DNA of 64,000 nt from Pontiella sp. (lineage in GTDB: Bacteria; Verrucomicrobiota; Kiritimatiellia; Kiritimatiellales; Pontiellaceae), in contig JBNKHE010000010.1 in NCBI GenBank assembly GCA_050290185.1, forward strand, positions 65,575 to 129,574, given 5' to 3'. The notes beneath the pieces were generated by a model. That model was not told the DNA's origin. It did not search any database and saw only the letters and a list, made by a program, of their open reading frames with translations. Of this stretch, positions 37,052 to 46,400 are shown in pieces. Numbering within the stretch: the stretch's first letter is position 1; each line of letters starts with the position of its first letter. The translations under genes and the position numbers were made by a program.

Positions 37052-38647
37052 ATGCCGCTGGAATTTAGAAAGAAGCCTGATGGAACGCTTCGTCCGTTTT
37101 GGTACGGCAGATATGAGGTCAACGGGAAGCGGTATTGTGACAATCTTGGTGTTCGTATATCCGGTACTCCTCCGGCCTCCTTGTCGCTGATGGATGAGGG
37201 GGATGTATCCTTTGAACGATCACGTGCCACAGCCCAAGCCAAGCTTAACGGCATTGTCGAACAGGCGCGCGAGAAAAGAAACGCGGTGCATCTTGTTGAA
37301 AAGCTCTACGAGATCAAGACGGGCGAGGTGTTGGCTTCTATCGCAATCAACCGCCTTTCGGATGAGTGGGAAAGCCTTCCTCGCAAGCGAAAGCCCAGCG
37401 AGCGTTACGTCAAGCAATGCAGGGCCGCGCTGGATACTTTTGCGGGCTTCGTTATCAGCCAGAACAAGGATGCACTCGAAATCGGCCAAGTGACGAAACC
37501 CATGGCGCGGGCGTATATGAAGGCGGAGGGGGATAGGGATGTTTCTCCTAAGACATGGAATGACACCCTCAAGTTATTGCGTACCACTTTTCAGAAGCTA
37601 CTGCCGGAAGGCGCACCCAATCCATTTTATGGCATACCTTCCCGCGAAACCGATACCATCTTTCGGGAGCCCTTTTCTCCGGGGGAACTGAAGAGGATCA
37701 TCGAGACATCGCGTGAGCATGGGTTTATCCGTCCCATCATCATTACTGGAATCTGTACGGCTATGCGGCGTGGAGACTGTTGCCTGTTGCAGTGGAAGGA
37801 TGTCGACCTGATGAAGGGGATGATTACCGTCAAAACCTCGAAGACAGGGCAGACGGTCAGGATTCCCGTATTCCCGATGTTGTATGATGAGCTGGTCGAT
37901 TTGCCCCAAACGGATAAGTATGTTTTCCCTGAACAGGCAGCGATGTTCCAAACCAATCCCGATGGCATAACATGGCGAGTAAAGAAGGTGATCGCGGAAG
38001 CGTTCAAGGAAAAGAGCGGTGCCGAAGCCCAACTTCCCGAGCTATCGAAAGAGGCGACGCGGGAACGGGCGCACAAGTATATTGAGGGTATGGCCAATGC
38101 CGAAAAAGCCACCAAGATGCGACGGACGTTTGATATGTATTTCGAGGGCGTGAAGGGATCGGAGATTATGGCTGAATTGGGCATCAGCAAAGGCTCCATT
38201 TCTGGGTATCTCAATGAAATCGAAGCCAAAGCCGGTTGTCGTATTGTGCGTGGACGAAACGGAAAAGGTGGCATTAGCGCCTTGGTAAAGGCCGATAACG
38301 GACTTCTTCAAAGGCAGCGGGATGAGGGAGAAGGATTACGCAGGGCGTCTATACGAGACTTCCATAGTTTTCGCGTTACCTGGGTGACGTTGGCCCTCTC
38401 TGCCGGCGTGCCGCTGGAACTCGTGCAAAAGGTGACCGGACACAAAACAACGGAAGTCGTCCTGAAACACTATTTTCATCCGGGAGAAGATGATTTTCGT
38501 CAGGCGTTACAGACCGCCATGCCCCGCATGCTCACCAGCGGCCAACACAAAACGCCGTTGGAGCAGATTCAGGAGATTGCAACTAAATCCACCAGCAAGA
38601 CAGCCTGGAGGGACATTAAGGCCATTCGGGCGGTGATAGCTGGATAA
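37052..38647 (+). CDS. Tyrosine recombinase/integrase with inserted HTH
   Basis: CTAMRRGD, SKT, FHSFR and VTGH...KHY motifs. Confidence 0.92.
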   Translation: MPLEFRKKPDGTLRPFWYGRYEVNGKRYCDNLGVRISGTPPASLSLMDEGDVSFERSRATAQAKLNGIVEQAREKRNAVHLVEKLYEIKTGEVLASIAINRLSDEWESLPRKRKPSERYVKQCRAALDTFAGFVISQNKDALEIGQVTKPMARAYMKAEGDRDVSPKTWNDTLKLLRTTFQKLLPEGAPNPFYGIPSRETDTIFREPFSPGELKRIIETSREHGFIRPIIITGICTAMRRGDCCLLQWKDVDLMKGMITVKTSKTGQTVRIPVFPMLYDELVDLPQTDKYVFPEQAAMFQTNPDGITWRVKKVIAEAFKEKSGAEAQLPELSKEATRERAHKYIEGMANAEKATKMRRTFDMYFEGVKGSEIMAELGISKGSISGYLNEIEAKAGCRIVRGRNGKGGISALVKADNGLLQRQRDEGEGLRRASIRDFHSFRVTWVTLALSAGVPLELVQKVTGHKTTEVVLKHYFHPGEDDFRQALQTAMPRMLTSGQHKTPLEQIQEIATKSTSKTAWRDIKAIRAVIAG

Positions 38648-38693
38648 TTTCCAGATTCGTATTGCTGTGAAAGATATGGCTCGGGACGCATAA

Positions 38694-39872
38694 TTGAAAA
38701 TGAAAGAGAATCTGAGGATGAGTATGACTATGCAGGATAATAGTGGAAATCAGTCCGACGACAATGTAACGCAGTCTCCCGAGCACATCATTCATATATC
38801 GCCTGAGTGGGAGGGCCAGCTAAAGAAATCCAAGGAGGAAGATAAGGGTGTCCGTTACGATTTCAAAACAACAGACGAGTGTCCCGGTTATTCCTTCACC
38901 ATCACGAACTGGCGATTTTTCCATCCAATAAATTTTGGCAATGAATCTCACAGAGATTTATTTCAGCATATCTATAATGAATTACAGCGCATGTTGGGTA
39001 CGTCAGCATTTGGGAACTATAATCGTGCATATTCCAATAAGAAACAGAGAGAGAAGGAATTGATTTCTGAGTACAAAGAACTACATGGCGTCAATGCGTT
39101 GGGCATGTGTCGCTATGCTAATGATCAATTCCAGCAAGAGTTGGAGTCAGCTTTCTATAAAGATTTATTAGCGTCTCCAAGAACGAAATTATTGGGTGTT
39201 GCATTCATATTATTGGTGTTTACACGTCAAACTCCCTACACGATAGAAAAATCATCATGGCCCTGTACCGATGCCCTCGATCGTCTTATTGGTTTTACCC
39301 CTAACATTTTTGATGGAAGGGCTCGCTTGGGCATTCTTGCCTGCCCTAAGACGGGTGATGATTACTGGGTGGTCAGCGATTTTGAGCAATGCGAAGTGGA
39401 ACCCATATCTGGCAACGATCACTACTCTAAAACCGAAGTGCGAGAAACATTAGATTCGTTATTTCAGCTGATGAAACATGTCCCTCGCGAGACGGCTCGA
39501 TTGTTAAAAGGCAGTATTAGGCAGAAGTTCGGGTCTTTTGGAACGGTTGATGAAGGGGAGTTTCGATCCAGCTCATTGTTCAGGAACATCTCGTGGTGTG
39601 ATAATCAATACACAATCTCGAAAAACGCCGCACAAATCATAGAGACGCTCTACATTGCACATCGGTCACACAAGCTGCCCAGCTTGAGTCAGAATGAGGT
39701 TTTTGTGCAGATTTTTACCGCCGATACGAAAAAATGGCCGGCAGGTAAACCACGGATCCAAAATTATTTTCGTTCTGGAGACGCAAAGCGTTTGTGGGAC
39801 GACGGTTTCATCGGTCACGACAACAAAGGAAATTTTCATCTGAATATCAAAATACACACCGATACACACTAG
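38694..39872 (+). CDS. Hypothetical protein
   Basis: 392-aa ORF; exact start uncertain. Confidence 0.65.
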   Translation: MKMKENLRMSMTMQDNSGNQSDDNVTQSPEHIIHISPEWEGQLKKSKEEDKGVRYDFKTTDECPGYSFTITNWRFFHPINFGNESHRDLFQHIYNELQRMLGTSAFGNYNRAYSNKKQREKELISEYKELHGVNALGMCRYANDQFQQELESAFYKDLLASPRTKLLGVAFILLVFTRQTPYTIEKSSWPCTDALDRLIGFTPNIFDGRARLGILACPKTGDDYWVVSDFEQCEVEPISGNDHYSKTEVRETLDSLFQLMKHVPRETARLLKGSIRQKFGSFGTVDEGEFRSSSLFRNISWCDNQYTISKNAAQIIETLYIAHRSHKLPSLSQNEVFVQIFTADTKKWPAGKPRIQNYFRSGDAKRLWDDGFIGHDNKGNFHLNIKIHTDTH

Positions 39873-39946
39873 ATACATCACCAGCTCCACCAGCCTTTAG
39901 CGAGATTGCTCGCGAAGGGCAAATGTGTCTGCAGGTGTAGCACTGA

Positions 39947-39977
39947 GCCCGGACCTCTAAGGAGGCCGGGTTTTTTT
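39947..39977 (+). terminator. Rho-independent terminator
   Basis: GCCCGGACCTC-taag-GAGGCCGGGT followed by a T-run. Confidence 0.7.
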
Positions 39978-40016
39978 GTCGACTAGTGACCGTAATTATT
40001 ACGAACAGAGGAAACG

Positions 40017-40214
40017 GTGCAGATGAGAAACAATCGTTTAAAAGCCGCAAGGGTAAGGATAGGTCTTACGCAACTACAGTTGGCAGAAAAAATAGGGCGA
40101 AGGGAGATCGATATATCACGATTCGAAACCGGACGTTCATCCCCGGACCGAGAAACCAAACAACAAATTGCCGAGATCCTTGGCAAACCCACCTACGAAC
40201 TATTCGACTGCTAA
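40017..40214 (+). CDS. XRE/Cro HTH regulator
   Basis: LKAARVRIGLTQLQLAEKIG...ISRFETG..P. Confidence 0.88.
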   Translation: MQMRNNRLKAARVRIGLTQLQLAEKIGRREIDISRFETGRSSPDRETKQQIAEILGKPTYELFDC

Positions 40215-40226
40215 GGAGGAATCACC

Positions 40227-40514
40227 ATGAAAGATTCGAACGAACGCATGTTGAAGATTCTTCAAGCCGATCCTGAAAAGCTAGAGCAAATCGACCGTCT
40301 TCTCGAAGGCCGGACCTGGGAAAACGACGAAGCTCCTAGAGGTCCGCTTCTGCTGGGGATGTCTGCGGCCGCAAAGCTACTTGGCGTGAGTCGCGCCACT
40401 TTGTGGCGAATGATCCAGGCTGGGCGTATTGAAAAGGTAGAGATCTTGACCGGGAGTTACAGGGTGCGCCGTGCCGACATCATGGAAATCGTCAACGGTG
40501 CAGGTCAGGCATAA
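40227..40514 (+). CDS. Excisionase/AlpA-like HTH protein
   Basis: AAAKLLGVSRATLWRMIQAG; AAGGAGG RBS. Confidence 0.82.
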   Translation: MKDSNERMLKILQADPEKLEQIDRLLEGRTWENDEAPRGPLLLGMSAAAKLLGVSRATLWRMIQAGRIEKVEILTGSYRVRRADIMEIVNGAGQA

Positions 40515-40555
40515 GCATCTAATCGTCAAGAATCTATATTTAGGAGGAATTACAA

Positions 40556-41683
40556 ATGAGTGATAAGCGCAAATTCAATGGGTACTACTATCAACAGCTT
40601 AACCACAATAGGATGAATCTCATGACACAGCCCCTTTCGGCCACGGAACTTGGTGGACTGTTTAAGATCATCCTGCTCGTTGGGATGAGTCGGCAACAGT
40701 TTGACTTTGCAGATGGAAGCATGTCAGCAAACGGGGCAAGGATGAAAACTACCGATCTCATTGAGTGGTTGACCGGCAATATACCCCGACTTTCTGCAAA
40801 GCAGGCTGGCCGTATCGTCAATGCCTCACTGGATCACAAGCTGTTGGAAGTCACCGCGGCTGGGTATATCCGACTAAAGGATTGGAGGAGTGACCAAAAG
40901 GCACCTCCCACTGCAGGAGCTAGCCGTAAACGTGAGTATGATAACAGGCAAAGGATGCGGACAGTCCGGGAGTTATTGAGAAAATATGATGGGAAAAAGG
41001 TTGATAGGAAAAGTCTGCGTGCGCTCTTCAAGGAAGAGGCGGGATACAGTCAGAAAATTTCGGATGGCCTTAGAAGGGCGCTTTTGGAAGAAGGTGTGTT
41101 GGTTGCTGCGGGGCAGGGCATTTGGAAGGTATTTGCTGCGGCTGTGGTCAGCAATAGCGCGCCTTCGGCGCGTCCCGCCCCCCGTGAAGGTGAGGGCTCT
41201 GACGAGCATGATATTGAGCGTTACTTGAAACACCTTGACGGTGTTACAAGTAACGATAATTCAGATCATAACCATACCGAAACGAAAGTTTCTCATGATC
41301 ATGAGACGGATCGTCCAAGCAGCCGTTCCGGCGGCTCGGAGCCTACCGATCCGCTGAGCGTGGATGGGGGGGCGGGACGCGCCGAAGGCGGTAGCCCTGA
41401 CATTTACGCTGTCACAGACGACGAGCTCGCCGAGACGGTCTGTGTTATATTTCAGCCTAGGGAGTGGGCGAAGACCAGGGATATTCTCAAAAGCAAGTTG
41501 AGCGCATTGAGAAAAAAAATCGGTCCTAGGAAAGCCGGAGAAGTATTTCGTGAAATCGTGTCAGCAGTGCAGACGGATCTTCGCAGTACTGGTGCCAAGC
41601 GCCTCCGAGAGCCAGAAAAGGAAATTACAGCACGCATAAACGATCGGCTTGGACTGCCTCGGCGAACCTTAGGGAAGTCATAG
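40556..41683 (+). CDS. Putative replication initiator-like protein
   Basis: Lies after xis; wHTH-like N-terminus, low-complexity linker, helical C-terminus. No diagnostic motif. Confidence 0.45.
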   Translation: MSDKRKFNGYYYQQLNHNRMNLMTQPLSATELGGLFKIILLVGMSRQQFDFADGSMSANGARMKTTDLIEWLTGNIPRLSAKQAGRIVNASLDHKLLEVTAAGYIRLKDWRSDQKAPPTAGASRKREYDNRQRMRTVRELLRKYDGKKVDRKSLRALFKEEAGYSQKISDGLRRALLEEGVLVAAGQGIWKVFAAAVVSNSAPSARPAPREGEGSDEHDIERYLKHLDGVTSNDNSDHNHTETKVSHDHETDRPSSRSGGSEPTDPLSVDGGAGRAEGGSPDIYAVTDDELAETVCVIFQPREWAKTRDILKSKLSALRKKIGPRKAGEVFREIVSAVQTDLRSTGAKRLREPEKEITARINDRLGLPRRTLGKS

Positions 41684-41816
41684 TCGCTGGAGCCAGAACG
41701 TGTACCAAATTAACACACGGAATATGCAGATGCGCACATCGTCATACCGTTCTGATGACAATCACTGCCGACAGCGCTAGAAGAGCGGGAGAGACGTTTA
41801 GAGATGTGATGAGGAA

Positions 41817-42665
41817 ATGAATATGGCGGGTAAAAAGGCTAATAAAAACAGAGGCTATCAAAGGGGTACCTTAACCGGTAAGGACTGTGCGTCGACACGA
41901 CGTGCAAAGAGACCTAGGAAGGCGCTCACGGAACTACAGGAAAATTTTTGTTTAGCCTATGCAGCGCAGGGGTTTTGCAACGGTGTGGGGGCATTGGAGG
42001 AGGCAGGAAGCCGGGCCTCTTATGCGAGTCGGTGCAGCTTGGCTTCGAGGTGGTTAAGGAAGGATAAGGTTAAAGCACGGCTGAAACAGCTGAGTGTGCA
42101 AGCGGATCGGCGAGCATCGAAAGAAGAAAAAAAGGCAGTAGCGAGTCTGGCTGAGCGCAGGGCGCGCCTGAGCGATATTGCGCGGGCGCAGGCGTCGGAT
42201 TTGAAGGGAATTGCACTGGAGGGAGATCGCCTGGTTTTTGAAGATGAATCACTGCGTTCGGCGGTGAAGGTGAAGGCGTATGTGCGGATGGTGGTGAATC
42301 CGAACTTTGATCCTGAAGATGATACGAGTCCGAAGCGGGTTCCCGCCTTGGTTATAGACCTTGAGCTGCATGATCCAATCAAGGCGATTCAGGAGCTGAA
42401 CCGAATGGACGGGGTGTACAAGGAGCAGGCCGCCCTTCCAGCGGAAATACATATTCATACCGGCGCAAAACGTGTTTTGGAACACGATGCGAATACAGCG
42501 GCGCAACTGGCAGACGGTAGTCTACGGGTGGCGATACCGGGGAGCGATACGGACAAGGCACGGGTTAAAGGGTCGATAAGTGGGAAGCTTGATCCATTCG
42601 CGGCGCTCTGTGCACGTTGCCATACCGCTCAGAAAAAAAATGCCGATGATTCAAGAAAAACATAA
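41817..42665 (+). CDS. Terminase small subunit
   Basis: LTELQENFCLAY...ALEEAG...ASRWLRKDKVKARL and LELHDPIKAIQELNRMDG. Confidence 0.78.
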   Translation: MNMAGKKANKNRGYQRGTLTGKDCASTRRAKRPRKALTELQENFCLAYAAQGFCNGVGALEEAGSRASYASRCSLASRWLRKDKVKARLKQLSVQADRRASKEEKKAVASLAERRARLSDIARAQASDLKGIALEGDRLVFEDESLRSAVKVKAYVRMVVNPNFDPEDDTSPKRVPALVIDLELHDPIKAIQELNRMDGVYKEQAALPAEIHIHTGAKRVLEHDANTAAQLADGSLRVAIPGSDTDKARVKGSISGKLDPFAALCARCHTAQKKNADDSRKT

Positions 42666-43302
42666 AAATCAAAGATTGCTGTTGTTTTTATCGGGTTTTG
42701 GGAGGGGAAAAGTCTGGGTTTGTCAGCTCACGGGAGATTCTGCTATCTACAGCTGTGGTTCATATCTCCCAAGGCAAGGAGGTGGATAATACTGCGCTAC
42801 ATTGGATGTGGGAGCTAAGAGTATTGTCCGGATCAACAAATGCCAACTCAATCCTCATCGCATAGGGAGTGCAACCTGAATCCGTTGAGCGAGTTCAGTA
42901 CCCCCCAAATAGTAGCGTAGACAAGATGCTGTATTCCTTGGCTTTTGGATCCTCATCAGCAAGCCGTTATACGGCGCTTAGTCGCGGAATTTAGCCGAAA
43001 ACTCCAGCGCTTCCTTAAGCATGGCGGAGTTGCAGTAGAAAATGCTGTTGCGGAACAGATCATCAAGCATGGAATTCTCTTTTTTTTTTTGGGGGGGGGG
43101 CGTGCCTTCACGCAGAGCGGTAGAAATCTCGTCTCTCATAGGGTGGAACATAGGTAGTCCCGATAGTACTGGGTTAAATCCTGGTCATGGCGCATTTCGA
43201 GGATTACCCGTCGAAAAAGATATCTTCCCTTCCATCCGCACGCTTTTTGGAGGTTGCGGGTAGGGCTTCTTTGGTTTTTTGCGCCTCTTGCTGGAAATAA
43301 AG

Positions 43303-43352
43303 TTGTGGGGGAAATCACCACAGTAAAGTCTATTTGTGGGGGATTACACCAC
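43303..43352. promoter_or_regulatory. Tandem 19-bp operator-like repeats
   Basis: TTGTGGGGGAAATCACCAC (43303) and TTGTGGGGGATTACACCAC (43334). Confidence 0.55.
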
Positions 43353-43482
43353 TTAAAAATTAGTAAAAAATACTACAAAAATTTATTTAACAAGAAAATA
43401 GTTTGAAACGTCTAGGTGGGGCAGTTAGAAACGCCGCTCACTTGTGAAAGTTGCTTTTAAAAGGCAAGGGAGAAACGGGGTT

Positions 43483-46400
43483 ATGAAAAGAATCAATCTT
43501 CTCGGATCTGCAATGATGGTTATTGGGTCGCTGCTGGCGGTTACCGCCGCACAAGCCGCAACCATCGCCCATTGGGACTTCAATGCGACGAATGCCGTGG
43601 ACGGTGCGTTCATGCCGGGCAATGGCGATCGGCAGGACCTCGATGGCGACGGCGCGATGGATACCGACGATTTTCGCATCAGCGCCATCGACCTCTCCGG
43701 AAACGGCAACCACCTGACTGCTTGGACCTCCGCCTGGATGAAATGGAGTTCCGACAGCGCCCAGGGCGATTTCAGCATGTCGCAGAACAACGCCTGGCCC
43801 GCCGCAGGCACCGACTCCGACTACAACCCTTTCATCTCGGGCACCGATGCCGAGGCCATCACCCCGGCGCAATGGACGATTGAAGCGCTCTTCAAGTCGG
43901 AAAATCTGGGCGGAAACCACACCATTGTCGGGCGTGATGGACGCTATGTGGGCGGTAACAACAGCAGCGCGGCAGCACTCTACCTCTCAACGCGCGGCAA
44001 CGATCTGGCCATCGAATACACCGACGTCAACGGAGGCCAGCACAACCTGCAGGTCGCCGCCAACCTTCAGGCAGACGCTTGGTACTGCACGGTTGCGGTA
44101 AGTGACGGCGCGACCCTTACCCTCTTCCTCAACGGCGAAGCGATCGGCACGCTGGATCTGACGACCACCGGCACCAACACTGCGTTGGCGAAGGGCTACG
44201 GCACATGGAGTGTGGCGCGCGGTATGTGGGCGGGCGGCCACGTCGACCGCTTCTATGGCGTCATCGATGAAGTGGCGATCTCGGACGAAGCGCTTGTTCC
44301 CGCCTCCTTCGTCATTCCGCTTCCTCCCGAATGCATCGACACCGACCACGACGGCATGATCGATCTGTATGAAAACTTCTTCTCGCTCAACCCCACCAAC
44401 AGTGCGGACGCGCAGGCCAACTACGATAATGATACGCTGATCAACCTGATGGAGGCCCTGCTTCAGACCGACCCGTATGCGTCCGACACAGACACCGATG
44501 GGTTGAATGACGGCGAGGACGACAACCCGCTCAGCCGTGCCGTCATGATGTGGGGGCATCCCGGCTTCACCTCGGGCGACACCTACAACTACACCGGCCC
44601 CGACTGGTGGCTGGGATCCGGCAAGATCGGCGGGGTCTGGACCAACGGGCCTTGCTGGGTGGTTCCGGCATATGAAGAGGGCAAACTCTACATCGATATT
44701 GACCGGGAACTGATCAACAAGAACCTCATGCTCAACCTGATGCACCAGAACGTGGGCGAGTGCGCGGTCTACCTCGACCTGGGCGGTACCAACGGCACCT
44801 ACGTGGCCACCGACCTTTACGGCGATCTGGCGAACGGCGACGGCAGCCAGGAACTGGGCCGCTACGTCATTCCGCTTGAATCCTACCCCGGCGCTTTGCG
44901 AATCATCATCGACGCTACGGCGGGCTCCGAGCCCTACACGGTCTGGATCGCCACGCTCTACGAAGATATCGATGCCGACGGTCTGGATGCGGAGCAGGAG
45001 ATCCAGTTCGGCACACTCGATACCAATCCCGACACCGACACCGATAACTTGACTGACTACATCGAGGCGATTGTCGAGCATACCAACCCGCTCGATCCCG
45101 ACACGGATCACGACGGCTTCACCGACGGGCAGGAGCTCTACGACTTGGGTACGTCCCCGACGGTTCCGATGTGGCTGGAGGGCGGCATGCCAGGCTTCCT
45201 GCAGGTCGAGCGCTGGAACAGCCTCGGTGGCGAGCTGGTCTCCGATCTGGCTAATGCTCCGCGCTTCGGCAGCGATCCCAACCAGGTGAGTGCCGTAACC
45301 TCCTCGGAGTACGCCGACCCGGCAACCCTCCATCTTGGAGACTACTACGGTATCCGCATGCGCGGCACCATCACCGCCCCGGTGGCGGGTGAATACACCT
45401 TCCATCTGACTGGAGACAACACCGCCCGGTTCTGGCTTTCCGATACGGAAAGTCCCTTCGACCGCAAGTTGCTGCTCGACCTGCGCGACTGGACGGCTTA
45501 CCGCGATATCGGCGATGCGGACGCGCCGTCGGCCACCGTGGAACTGGCCAGCAATCAGGTCTGCTACGTGGAGATCCTGTTCAAGGAGGCCGCCTACGCC
45601 GACCATGTGAGTCTGCTGTGGACCCTTCCCGGGCAGAGCACGCCTGAGGTGATCGGCCCGCAATACCTGCGTTCCTACGTCCAGCCCGAGGACGATGCCG
45701 ATATGGATGGCATGTCCGACGAGTTCGAGATCCTCAACGGTCTCGACTCCCTGGACGGCACGGGCGGCGGGTACAAGGATGTGGACGGCGATGGCTACGG
45801 CGAACTGCTTGAAGCCCGGCAGGGCACCGATCCTAACACGGTGGACGAAGACTCCGACGGTCTGCCGGGTGGCGACGAGGTTTCCATCACGTGGACCGAT
45901 CCCTACAGCGCCGACACCGACGCAGACGGTACGAACGACCTGACGCTGCTGCAGCATGTAGACGGCTCCGACATCGTGGCCGAGAATGCCAGCCACAACT
46001 CCTCCACCTGGACGGTAATGTCCAACACCGTGGTCCTGGCCGGTCTGAATAGCTACTATTCCATCAATACCTATGTCTCATACGGGATCGACAACCCGGT
46101 CGCCGGTATGCACCATGTTGCGGTACAGGCCGAGTGGGACGGAGGACTTCCGCCCGTCGGGGCGCGTCCGCGCATGGCCTTTTTCGTGGACGGCTACCGT
46201 ATTGCCATCACCGAGCTGGTTCCGAACGACGATGGAACCGGCACATGGTCCTGCTTTACTCCATGGTTGTCGACCGGCAGCCATGTCATCAGGTGCCAGG
46301 CCGTTGCCCTCGAATACGACACGCCCGGGTTCGCGATTCTGGGGCTGGAACTAGGGGCCATCGATGGTCTTGACGCCGATGGCAACGGAGTCCAGGACTG

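Noticed and set aside
8514..42665. Complete prophage or ICE
   Set aside because: No structural, lysis, TerL or conjugation genes were recognised.
43987..45996. 669-aa minus-strand ORF and similar long antisense ORFs (4590..5750, 6206..7573, 19299..20354, 53956..54954)
   Set aside because: These are shadows of GC-rich genes on the opposite strand.
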